DNA of 64,000 nucleotides from Paramecium tetraurelia (Eukaryota): NCBI GenBank assembly GCA_000165425.1, contig CT868463.1:1-64000 (forward strand). The letters are read 5' to 3'. The notes under the pieces were generated by a model. The model ran no database searches. It was not told the origin of the DNA and saw nothing but the letters and a program-made list of their open reading frames with translations. The translations under genes and the position numbers were made by a program. This document shows, one piece after another, positions 30,524 through 43,001 of this stretch (position 1 is its first letter; each line of letters opens with the position of its first letter).

Positions 30524-33439
30524 ATGAATTTCAATACTCTTTTATTGGAAAAAGATAATGATCTTCGTAGTTTAGCATTGAGAGAAATGTTAAACTAGGT
30601 GGATCAAAACTGGTCAGAGATATCTGAATTACTTAGTTAGATGTAAATCCAATATTTTAAATTTCTTATAGAGAAACATTAAGTGAAGATCCCAAATTTC
30701 CCGAAAGACAACTAGCCTCTTATTTATGCGCCAAGATTCAATACCATCTGGACAACTTCGATGAATCTCTTAATTATGCTTTGTAGAGTGGACAATATTG
30801 GTAATCAGATTTGAATGATAAGTTTAATCAATGTTTAATAAAACATTGTATTGAGTAATATCGTTAATCAGGAAAGGCATCTGAAGAAAGAATAAGACTG
30901 ATTAAACACATTTTGTAATTGTCATGTGGATAAAATAATCACATATCCGCCATAGGAGTAGCAGTTGAATGCAAAAGGATTGATTGGGTATCTGAAATTC
31001 TGGTTAAATGGGATTACCCAGGTAAAATGATATCTGTACTTCATCTGTTCAATACACAGAGAGGAGAATTCAAAGAATAATTGTTAAGACTTTCAGTCGA
31101 TCTAATATATAAGGAGGCAAAACAAGGTCAAATTCCAAATGAAGAATGGGGCCAATTTGTCACTGTCTTAATTCAATTGGGAGAGGCTATTAAAGTTGCT
31201 GAAATCCTTTGGACCTTGGTCACGAATGAAAATCATTACAAATTACAAACTGGTACTCCATTGCTCTTGGCTGAACAACTATGCATAGATTTAGCATAAA
31301 ATTAAAAACCACAATTTATCCAGAAGATTATTGCCGCTTTGCCTATTGATCAATAATTCCAAGAAGTCAGAGACAAATTAATTAAATTGCTATCAGGAGA
31401 ATAACAAAGAAAAGCATATTTGCATTTTTTGAAGAATCACAGACAAGTTGATATTGAAATCTTAAATAAAATCAAAGGTGCAAACGATCCCAAATAATCC
31501 AGTGTTTTACATGGTGCATGCATGTTCGGTCATGCCTTAGCAACAGCAGGCACATAAGATACATCTTTCTTATAGGCAAATTAATAATGGGCAACCAAAT
31601 GCAATTATTGGTAGAGATTCACTGCTACATCTACTTTGGGAATGATTCATAAATACAATATTGAAGAATCCTAATAAATTATGGCAACTCATTTAGCCTA
31701 GACCAATCCATTTGAAATTGGTGGAGCCCTATATGGATTAGGACTTATTCATTTTGGAACTTAAGACCAGTAACTGTTACTCAAATTTTCAGATCACATG
31801 AAATCCTAAAAAGAATAAATAATCCATGGAGCTTGCTTAGGTTCAGGATTGGTGGCATTTGCTTCTGAAGATGAAAAATTAAATTAAGATTACAATAATC
31901 TGGTTTCCAAAAATGAATCAGTCTATGGAGAAGGTGCCAGCATTGGTTATGGTCTATTAAATGCTGGATCTGGATCTATTGAATAATGCAAACGTCTCTT
32001 GGTGTTGGCTGGTCAATCAGATAAAGACAAGATAGTTAGAACCTTGTCATTATCAATTGCTTGTATACTCTTTCATTAAGAGGATAAGGCTGATGTGATT
32101 ATCGATCAAATGTTATAATCAAATGATCCATTAATTAGATATGGTGGTTGTTTCACCTTAGCTTTTGCATATGTTGGCACAGGAAGCAATAAGATCATTT
32201 AAAAATTGTTGTCAATCTCAGTAAATGATGTTTCTGAAGATGTCAGAAGAGCAGCTGTCATCTCATTTGGTTTCTTGATGTTTAAGAATTATGAAGCATT
32301 ACCAAAAATTATGAGATTATTGACATTATCCTATAATCCCCATATCAGATACGGAACTGCAATTGCTTTAGGTATTGCATGCGCTGGAACTCTGTATGCA
32401 GATGCCATCTCTGCAATTGAACCAATGTTAACGGACACCGTTGATTTTGTCAGACAAGGTGCCTTGATAGCTTTGGGAATGATTCTATCTTAAGGAAACA
32501 AAGATCAGGAACCTAAATTTGAGCCAATTATGAAATCAATAAATGAAATTGCTGCTAAAAAACATGAGACTGTTCTAACAAAGTTGGGATTAGCCATTTT
32601 CTAAGGATTACAAGATTGCGGAGGTAGAAATTTGACAGTCTCACTGTAAAGCAGATAAGGAGTGCCAAAATTAAATGCTTGTGTTGGTATGTTATGGTTC
32701 TTAAACTATTGGTACTGGTATCCTTGTTTAAGTATGATATCGATTGCTTTATAACCAGCCGTCTTTATTGGTTTAAACGAAAAGTATATTGAATATATCA
32801 TAATATTTTAGCCTTGATATTCCAAGAGACTTCCAATTATAATGTAATACCAAGTAATCAGTTTTCGATTATCCTCCTCCATAGAAAAAATCAGAAAAAC
32901 CAATTGCTGAGAAGAAGACTGTGCAATTAAGTACAACTCAGAAAGTGAGAGCTAGGACTAATAAGAAAGATCTAGAAAAGAAGCAAATTGATTCAGCATC
33001 TCAAGGTGTCATTTCCAGAGAACAATCAAAAATGAGTTTAGAGTAGCAACCAAGTGAAATCATCAGATAACCAAGTCTTGTAGAGGAATAAGACAAGAAA
33101 TAGGCTGCACCAAAGGATGAACCAAATCAATATATTATATCAAATCCATGCAGAATTTTAGATAAACAAAAAAAACACATCTAATTATTAGAGGGAAGTC
33201 GTTATTAGCCACTCCTCAAAGTATTATATTGATTTTATCATAATTAGGATCGTAAATAAGGTTTGGTGATGTTGATTGATAGTGAGCCTACACAACCTGC
33301 TGATGTGATATCTCTCACAGTTAAACCAAAACAACCTATAATTGAACAAGTTGTAAATTAATAACCTGCTCCACCTAATTAAGTGCCAGAAGAATTTGTG
33401 TTCGATGAAGCTCTTTAGAATGAAGAACAAAAGCCATGA
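30524..33439 (+). CDS. RPN2: 26S proteasome regulatory subunit RPN2/PSMD1
   Basis: VDQNWSEIS, NYWQRFTATSTLGMIH, PC repeats (IIHGACLGSGL, DPLIRYGG, DVSEDVRRAAV, SYNPHIRYG, DTVDFVRQGALIALG), GGRNLTVSL, YWYWYP, LSNPCRI. Confidence 0.95.
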
Positions 33440-33476
33440 GAAGAACATAATATAAATATATAAATAAATAAATAAA

Positions 33477-34670
33477 ATGAAACATATTGATCAACTTAAA
33501 GAGTATTATGGATAACAATAATTGATATTTGAGAAAGATCTGGATTAAATGAGAAATCACCTTTCAAGAGTTGACAATGTTAGATTAAAGGCAGAGAAGG
33601 AGCTATTGTATTTACAATCTAAAGCCAAAGAACAAAAGGTTTGGGACATCGTGGATCAAACTCCCTTTTTGCCTGTAATTGAAGGAGATAGAATATTTAA
33701 AACTACCAAATTTGTTAACTCCAATTTAACAGAAGCTGAAAAAAGATAATTATTGTTACAAGAATATTATAGAAATGACAAAGCTCGAAATGCTATCAGA
33801 TAACTATATAATACTAATAATCAATATGAGGATGATCAAACAGTACCCGAATTATATACTGAAACACAATTAATCCTGCCGAAAATTCATGCTTAAACTA
33901 CTTAAGTTTTTGATGAGTCCCTACTTAGAGATTTATAATCAATGAAAAATAGAGAAGATGAAATTACCAAAAGATTATAAGCTAACGAAATTACTTAAAT
34001 TAAAAATCCCTCTGACTATTAAAGAATGCTTGAAAACCAAACTATATTACCCATCTTGTAGAGTATGAAGAACGAAGGCTAGAGATCTATTGTTACTCCA
34101 ATGGAAAATCATTAGTAAGTAGAATCAGCGTAGAAAAAACTAAGATCAGAAGGTGATTCTGCTTAAATTACATTTGTTAATGAGTATGAACCCTAAAACC
34201 AGCAAATGTAAAACACATAATAGCAGTTTGAACTTGACTTTACTGGGGAACATTAAAGAACTGAAGAGCTCTTATTAAATGAATCAGAAATACCAAAGGC
34301 ATAGGATCAAATGTTTGAATATGAAGAATAATAATCATTTTAAGAACCTTAGGATCCTATTGATGAAAAAATAGATGAATTATTAACCAACATTCAATAA
34401 ATTGTTACTCACTAATATTAGCCTCATCAATCCATATAAAAAACCAATAATGCTTTATAAACTACTTGGAAATTGGCAATTGAAAAAGATCAAATTGCAC
34501 CTAAATAAAGGCCAAAGGATTTCAAACCTGTTAATTTCCTAAAAAAGCCTATCGTACAATAAGAACAAATACTTTACAAGCCGTTAGTACAAACTCAATA
34601 GGTTCAAAAACCTTTGCCAGATGACAATTTTGAGAGGCTAGACAGACTAATTTAACACTTAGAAATATGA
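33477..34670 (+). CDS. Hypothetical Gln/Glu-rich protein (~397 aa)
   Basis: ATG 33477 and TGA 34668-34670 are in the same code-6 frame; no family recognised. Confidence 0.75.
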
Positions 34671-34726
34671 ATTTATAAAATGATATAAGACTTCCTTCTT
34701 AAACAGAATGCTTCATAAATTTATAA

Positions 34727-35547
34727 TCATTTATTTGGTTTTGGTTTGAATAATAAGGATTATCCACTAGGTTTCTTAACTTGAGGTAATCTATCTAACA
34801 ATTTTTAGATATCTTTGCAATTATTCATCTCCTCCTCATTTTTTGGTTATTATAACGTATTTTTAAATAATGATCTCTTCCTATTTAATAATGGATCCTC
34901 CTAAGTCAATTCTTTTTTATCAATTATTCTGATATTTGATTTTTACAGCTTTTCTTCTTAGAAATTCAGTTATTATTTAAGTTTGTCATATTCGATTGAC
35001 ATTTGCTTCTTTTCTTATTGTGCTCTATAAAAATTGAGTTTGTGAAAATCTCGTTATTATTTTAGTTTTTGTAGCGTTGTTGATGCTTTTTCAGCCATCA
35101 AATTAGATCTTTCAAGTTCTCCCTTTACAAATAAGAGTTCATCCTTTAATTTCTCGAACTATACATAAATGTCTGGAATCGAACAGATGCTATTTATGTG
35201 GAACATAGCTGACTTTGTTAATTCTGTCCATTCTTCCTTTTATTTTCAATAATTTTACTTAAAATATTTCGAGGCTTCGATGTAATTAATATTTAATAAA
35301 GAAGTTGCAAATAAATTAATCTAATCTCTCTCCTTTTTTGATTTTACTTTGATCTTACAGGGGGGATCTATTATTTAAACTCAATTTCTAAGATTAAATA
35401 TTTTATACTTTGTATATCTGCAATAATTTTATCTAAATCATCTAAGTTGTCATCATTATAATTAATTTCATTCAATTCGTCAAGTTATTCTAGTTTTATT
35501 GATTCCATTGAGTTGCTATCTGAATCAGAAATATCTTGTTGATTCAT
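34727..35547 (-). CDS. PF20/SPAG16 N-terminal-like (LisH-like plus coiled-coil) protein without WD40 repeats
   Basis: LDQFICNFFIKYQLHRSLEIFQEEWTEL..IPDIYVQ..AEKASTTLQKLKQQRDFHKLNFYRAQQEKKQ resembles the SPAG16L N-terminus as I recall it (DFLCNFLIK..FQSEWYEL..VPDVY..ERDFHRMHH..QEK). The join to the acidic first exon is unresolved. Confidence 0.72.
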
Positions 35548-35598
35548 ATTATAATTTTATATATTAGATTAATAATAAATATAATGAAATATTTCTAT

Positions 35599-36155
35599 TC
35601 AAAAATAATTGTACCAAATGATGATAATCACAGATATTAAAATTAAACCAACCATTGAGTAAGTAAGTATTTTTCGATAAATGGCACGATTCTTCATACG
35701 ATTTATCAAGGATTCTGATGTTCCGACATCATGAGTTGCCTCAGTTGTTTTTTTTATCATGCCATCAAGTTTGTTAGTTTAATTCTATAACTAAAAATTA
35801 AATGTGTGTTGCATGTCCTTCAGCTTCATAGGCGATTTTAGTATATTCAATTAGTTATTCATTTTATTTAATTGCCATAGCCAATGTAGGAGAGGTGTGT
35901 TAAACATATTAAGTATACTACTATTTCAGTTATTGAAATTCACTCTTGTACTATGTGAGTTTAGTGAATTGGGGACCACTGCGATTGCCAATGGACAATT
36001 ACATTCCATCCAATGATCTTTTCAAATTATTGAATTTCTTCCATAGCTTCTCTATAATCCTATTGTGTAGCAGTTGGTGCTTGATGAAACTTGGACATTA
36101 GGGCTTTTGAATATTTCTGAAATTCATCTTCGTAGAGATTAAATTCTTCATTCAT
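35599..36155 (-). pseudogene. Vti1-like Qb-SNARE with two frameshifts (pseudogene or consensus errors)
   Basis: MNEEFNLYEDEFQ.., KLTQYKSEFQQLK, SNARE motif QNEQLIEYTKIAYEAEGHATHI..NKLDGM..DVGTSESLINRMKNR, TM ILTYSMVGLILISVIIIIWYNYF*. Length 557 is not a multiple of 3; frame changes at ~36000 and ~35795. Confidence 0.78.
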
Positions 36156-36267
36156 TTTTATTTATTTTACTACTTGGGTACATTTTGAAATATTATAATA
36201 CTCAAAGGAATATAGGAATATATTTAAATTGAATTACATATGAACAACGATAACATTAAATTATAAA

Positions 36268-38857
36268 TCATTCTGTTTCCATTTTGTTATTATTATTGTT
36301 ATTGGCCTCATTTTCTTATGGTTATTTTTAAGGTTGAGGCTCTTCAGGCTTCTTCTCCTCTTTTGGTGGTTCTGGTTTAGGTTTGTTTACAACTGGTTAA
36401 CATTTCTACATCGTTAATTTAAGATAATTACATCTCTGAATTCATTATATTTGGCTTAGATTTGTTGGACTGAAGTTGTGAATCTGAGTGTTTTATCTGC
36501 TTTGCTTAAGGCATCCAAAACTTAATTGCACCATAATTTGAAAGCACTCACTTCATTGGCAACAACTTGTCTTTCCTCAGGTGTGATATGAGCATATTAT
36601 TATTCCTATAATATTTAATAAGTAAGTATACTTGTGAAGTAACAAATCCTTCATAATTGGAAGTGTATTGTAATACTTATTGAATAGTCTCTGGGACTAA
36701 TCTGAACTCATCAGCAATTGTGACTATTGGGCCACACAATTAGACAAGTTTGTCGTATCTATCAGAATACTCCCTCTTTGTGGTCTTTTGACCATCACCA
36801 TAGAGCCATTCGTATTAGACATCTAATTCCTTAAGAATTTGGGTCTTGAGATCAGGTTTAACGTGTTAGGCATATTTGCCATTGACATTCTCTCTCCATG
36901 CATAAATGTAGGCTTCCAATTAATTCTTTTTGAAATGGGTTTCGTGAACCAATTTGTCTTAGTTTTACATCTCGCACTCTTATTGGAATAAATGATCAAT
37001 GTCCTTTTTGGAGAGACTATTCAAGGAGGTGGTTTCACAATTGATTTAAGTTTAGATAGTTTTCTTCTTTGATTTTAATTCAAATTGTGGTTCTTCTGGT
37101 TTTGGTTATTCTTGTTATGCAGCCTCTGGAGCTGGTTATTATGGTTCGGCAGCTTGTGGTTATTATTGTTGGGCATCAGCGGCTGGTTTAGGTTGTTCAG
37201 CTGGTTTAGGTTATTCAGCAGGTTTTGGTTTTTCAATCTAATGAATTAATTAAATATTTAAATACAGGCACTTTAACTTCTTCCATGAATTCTTCTTACA
37301 ATACTATTTCTTCTAATTGTAATAATCCATTGTGATTCAATAAGATCTTGATCTTTGTTGAATGCTCTTGGTGCTTTGGGTTTTATGGAGGCACACGAAT
37401 TTATGCTAAAATTATTATAAATCAATATTACATAAAACAGCTTAGAAACCTTCAGGGACAGGATCATAGAAGAGTGTAATTTCAATTGGTTCAGTTTTTA
37501 AAAGTGCGAAACTCTTGATGGAAGGAATTGGATTATTTTAATCGAATAAGACCTTGCATTGTTTTTCTGGGAAACATCTAACCAATCCTTGGCTTTTATC
37601 TTATTAGCTTAATTATTGTCCATAGAGCCAACCTACTCTAATTGGATAGTAATTGCAATCTTCAATCTTGTATTCAGTGACCTTGAAATTTGGACTCTTC
37701 ATGGCAGCCATCATAGCACATCCTCTTGAAATTGATTCACTGGCATTCAAAGTTCTGGATACTTATTCAATTTTGAATATCTTTTCAATTAATCTTTAGA
37801 CTGCGGGAATTCTTGTTGCTCCTCCTACAATTTCAACTGAGTGCAATTGCAATTTCAAATTCTAAACTTAACTGAATAAGAATTCTAATTGTTATTGAAT
37901 CTAATTCAACACAGGTTAGATCATTTATTCAAAATCTTCTCTCTTGATTAAAGTGTTGAAGTCCTCATCTTCCACTAAATACTCGACATTAATTGGAGCC
38001 TCTGAATTTGCAGACAAGACCTTTCTAGCTTTTTCAATCGATTCCAATAGTCTTAATTTTCCTTTAAGGTTTTTTCTCACATTCAGACCACCTGATTATT
38101 ATTCAAATTGTGTGGCAAATTTTTCAAATAAAACCCAATCAATATCTCGAGCTCCTAAGTTTCTCTCATTCACTTAAGCAACGACGGAAGCCTTTTCCTT
38201 ATAGAATGAACCCACAAAGGCGGAGAATTTGGAATGTCCAAAATCAACAAATGCCACATGTCTTGGTTTATCAGCATCCAAATCTGCTTTTCTAAATAGA
38301 CCATAATTAATTGCAATTGCTGTTGTTTCGTTTAGCAATCTCTCCAAGGGAATGTCAGCGATCTTGCAAGCATCAATCAAGGCCTTTCTCTCTGATTCTG
38401 TGTAATAAGCAGGCACACTGATACAAAAATTACTTGCTTGACTATTTATGTCATTGTGAGCTATAACGTGCTTTAATTTGTTCAACATAGAACCTGTCAA
38501 TTGTTCAGGAGTGAAGGTGGTCTTCTAACCAAGGTAATTGACCTCAAATTAAGTTTTTCCAGAATCATTTGTAGATGTAGGAACAGTCAACCATTTTGTC
38601 TCTTCTGCTCTGAATGCAGGCTCACCGTGTAATCCCAAGAATCTGTTGAAAAAAGCAACAGAATTTTTGAAATTGGACTTTTGTTATAAGGCTCCTTGTT
38701 CTCCAATGAATCTTTCTTCGACTGTGAATCCAACCACATTTTATGTTTCTCTATGTGATCCTTCATTGTCTAGAACCTTCACACCACCCTTTAAGGCTGC
38801 GGCGATTACAGATCTCTAACTACCAAAGTCAATACCAATTGAAGCAAGTTAAGACAT
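36268..38857 (-). CDS. Hsp110/SSE-type Hsp70-family chaperone (nucleotide exchange factor)
   Basis: IGIDFGSQRSVIAA, ISVPAYYTESERKALIDAC, AINYGLFR, FVDFGHS, EKARKVLSAN, VEIVGGATRIP, TLNASESISRGCAMMAA, KNQLEAYIY; Pro/Gln-rich insertion. Confidence 0.95.
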
Positions 38858-38872
38858 TAATTAGTTTAAATT

Positions 38873-38927
38873 TTTCGAGAATCAGCCACTTATAAAACAT
38901 CCATAAAGTGCTAGAATATTCTATAAT
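38873..38927. promoter_or_regulatory. Putative heat-shock elements upstream of Hsp110
   Basis: TTCgaGAA at 38874-38881 and tgc-ta-GAA-ta-TTC-ta-taa at ~38909-38926 (alternating nGAAn units), 17-70 bp upstream of the ATG. Confidence 0.55.
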
Positions 38928-39220
38928 TATTAATAAATTAACGTATTTATCTGATCAAAACCTCACCCAAGTTTAAGATAATGTGTTCTAAATGCCATAT
39001 CTTTACGTAAATTATCTAAACTTATGATCTTATCAAAGAGTTGAGCCAAAAGATAAATAAGAAAAATCAAAAATATTATTTTTATCCATTAATGGTCTTA
39101 ATTTCTTTTTATAATTTCTAAATTTTTATTTATGCCGCCATCCTCTGCATTCACAACAAAATTATAGAATTATTTAACATATATTAAATATAGATAGTTT
39201 TAATAGTAACTAAACTCAAT

Positions 39221-39603
39221 TCATTTTTTTGGTTTTAAGATGCTTTTCTTTAATGGAGGAGGTTAATGTTTAGGTAGAGATATCTTACCAGCCGATGTTT
39301 TTTGAGGCGCGTATATCTTCCCAACAGAAACACTTTTTTGCCTAATGTTGCTTGTAGTATTTTCTTTGTTTTTATACTACAAGGCCTTACTAAATCTAGA
39401 CTCCATCTCATTAAATTTGCTCTCCATCATTTTAAAGGAGTTTAATACCATTTCGCTGAATTCTAAGAGTGATCCATCAAATGATTACCCTGATATCGGT
39501 CTTGCTACGATTTCTCTTACAATGTGTTTGCTTTCACCTCCATCTACTACACTTCACTGGCCAAATCATCTTATTTCCCTAAATCAAAATCATCATCAAA
39601 CAT
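39221..39603 (-). CDS. Small hypothetical protein (acidic N-terminus, coiled coil, basic tail)
   Basis: MFDDDFDLGKQDDLASEV.., one 26-nt GTA..TAG intron, ends ..PPPLKKSILKPKK*. Confidence 0.75.
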
Positions 39604-39639
39604 GTTAACTGAAATTATAAAATATTTATTAAAATAATA

Positions 39640-42475
39640 TCAACTACAAAGTGAAATAATCTTACTTAAGCCTTCTTCAAAATTGGCAAACAATTCAATA
39701 TAGGTCCCATCCCTCGCTTCATCCGTCAAACGATAAAAATTGTTCCTTTGATTCATATACTTCTTTTCTTGAGAACTACACAATATAAAATGCCAAAATC
39801 CATCCCTCAATTTCTCCAACAATTCAACTAATTTATCATTTTGTTCAGCATAATTTTCCCCAAAAGTCATTACAATTAAATAGTTAGTGTACTTTCTAGG
39901 AAGATCTTGATTCAAAGATTCCAAAATTCCTTAATACAATTTTCTTTAATTTTATGTCTATCTCCCGCTTAAATAATCAAAAAATCCATCCTCCATATAA
40001 TTTTTACCCATAGTTTCTAGGATACTAATTTTTGATTAAGATTCAATTAATACATGCGTATATTCATCAAAAGTTGATACTTATATTAAATCATCATCAT
40101 TCATATTTTAAAATATCTAATTATAAAAATAACTAATACTTATTTAATAGTTTCTACAACTTCTAGTTAGTTCTCAGCCATTCTTTGTGTTGAATCAATT
40201 AGAAATACAAACTATCTTTTTTAATTCTGAAAGAAGTATTGAAGTTATTTTAAGGTTTAACTATCAGATCTAAATTTATCCTATTTTGCAAGCATTGATG
40301 ATAACATCTTAATTGTTTTGACTCTTAATTTTGCTTTATAAACATTTCCGTAATCTAGAGCCAGCATTAATTATTAGATAGCCGGTTGTAATTAACCACT
40401 AGACATATAAATTAATCCTCTATAAAAATAGATTTTCTACTGAACAACTTACAATAGCTTTTTGTCTTAATTAAAAGTTTTATTTTAGTATGAAGCATTT
40501 TTACTTAAAGTGTAATTTTGTTGCAAAATTAACTAAGCTTAATCAATGCATTATTCAGCTTCCTTTATTTTTCTAAGATTGAAGAGTAGTTTGCATTTTT
40601 TAAAGAATAACTTAATTTGTAAAGTGAACTTAATCTCTAAGGTGTCTGCAAAATCCATGATATTTGAAAATAATGTCTTTGCTTAGTTAAAGGCATTTCT
40701 GTCTCGACTCTTATTTCTAATTAATAATTTTGATAATAGATCTAATAATTAATTAAGAGATTGAAATAATTTGTAGTTTATTCTCATGATCTCCTCTGAT
40801 TTAATTAGCTAAATGTCTTTCTTTTACTGTTCTAGTATAGAAATGAGTTGTTTATTGTATGTGATTGCAGTCTCATAGTCCTTCTATCTACTGAGTTCTG
40901 TTACCAATTTCATCAAAATTAACTCCAAACATTCAATAGAGTTTCGCTTCTCAAAAATGTGTAATCCTTGTTCTAATTTCTATAAATCATGAACCTTTTT
41001 ATTTAATTAATTTAAGAATTCAATCAGCCAGCAAAACTCATCAAAAATTTAAAGCAATTCATTCAATTCAGTCAAATTACTTTTTTGGCTTTCTTTAAAT
41101 GCATTTAAATCTTTGTGCATTGTATCATAATCTAATTCAAAAAACATTTACATCATCAGAGATACTTAATTCAATGTTATACTTATTTGATCAAATTCAT
41201 TTTGAGTTATTATATTGACTAAAATGGGAGTCAACAACAAAAATAGAATAAAAAATTAAAAGAACAGAAAGAAATCAAAATAATCTTCCTATTTAGTTTC
41301 CACTAGATTTGTGTATAATTAATCATTGAAGGTGGCAAGCAATTACCATCTATTAAAATTTTATTGGAGAGCAATGAGTTTATCTTATTCCTCTTTGGTT
41401 TAATTTAATAGGTCCTCCTTATATTCTGAAGAGAACTCATCATTCTAACACATATCTAAATATAATTACTATGTCATAAGTCCCAATTTTAATTGCTTAA
41501 TAAAAATAGACCTTCATGTCTACCATAGACAAACTTATAATTGGATTCGATGACTCATAATTACGAGTTAAAGTATGAATTTGATTGACCCAATAAGTTT
41601 TTTCTATACTCTCTAAAAACTCAACAATGTCTTAATTATTCTAATCATTTAAATCCATATTACTTAATTCAGTAACAGGACTGCATTTCAAATCAACAGT
41701 AAGACAGTCATCGCTTACATCAGAAATTACTGAATTATTTATAGTAAACAGAGCTGTGTATAAAATGCCTTCCTAATACTTATACTCTGCTAAATCCAAA
41801 ATAAAACACTAATATAATGAATCACTAACTAATTGTCCACATATCTATGTCAATTGAATATTGAATGGAAACAAACTATAAAATACAGCTTGATCTTTCA
41901 TTTAACTTTTCATATATTAAAAAAGGTTGAAACTGCCCTTTGAGTTCTCAGAGATTTCCAATAATTAACAGAATTTTGGATGATTTGTGCAGTTCGGAGT
42001 TGATTTAAAATCGTACTAATCTAAAGTTGTGTTCTAAGCACATAGACTCCCTGAAGATAATTATATTACGAAATAAGGGAGGTTTGGAATATATATTTTG
42101 GTTATTTCTTCAATCTATGCGATTTAAGACATTTCTGAAGCTGTAAAAGCACCTATAGTTGTTTATAAAGTAGAATTTTGTTAGGATATCTCCTGTTGAT
42201 TAATTGTCAACTTAGAAATATTGAATAAAAATCCAATTGAGGAAATAGTTTGTTGCAAATCAATACCTGTCAATGTTATATTAGCCTTCATTATTTCAAT
42301 AATAGTTTCATTATTGCTTGATATCTGAGCTAAGGATAAAATAAGTATTTCTACAATTAATCCAATACATAACTAGAATGAATAATACGCTTAGACTTAT
42401 GGTGGTTTCAATCAAATCAGCAAAGAATAGGGTTTATGTGACAATTAGTTTAAAATGATGTTAAATGTTTGTCAT
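39640..42475 (-). CDS. Membrane receptor-like protein: Cys-containing ectodomain, TM, helical (TPR-like) region, C-terminal VWA domain
   Basis: TM YFDFFLFFQFFILFLLLTPILV. VWA-like FVFLIDSTQRM..IFQNMNDDDLIQVSTFDE..NYLIVMTFGEN..DGTYIEL. The 5' end/start codon could not be joined cleanly. Confidence 0.7.
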
Positions 42476-43001
42476 TTTTAATAAAAATGTAAAAATTTAT
42501 GGTTTTGTTCATAAGTAATGAATAATCAAAAAAAAATATAAATATGTGTTTAAAAAGAGGTTGAATCATTATATCATACTTATGTCTCTAATAAAATCAT
42601 ATTTATTAATAGCTTATACCTTATATATGTAATTGCCAATCTTAGATTTAATAAATTATTTATATGAAAAAAAATTGGGTAATTTATCCCATAATAATTT
42701 AAATTTATCCAGGTATTTAGATTAGCTGGTAAAGTATTTTATAAATATTCATAAAATTGACAGTCTAAAATGAGACAATATTATCTATTTAAGCTTTTTT
42801 TGATGAATGAATTACAAAAATATCATATTCTTAAAATTAGATTGTTATTACAAATGGTTGCAAAAGATGTTGCAAATTTAATAGCAATAAAATTTAAAGA
42901 AATCAAATTATTTCAATTGATTCTTTATGAAGATTCAAATATCTTTGTTGATTATGTTAATGAAGTATTAAATATTTAGTTATTATTAATACATACATAT
43001 A

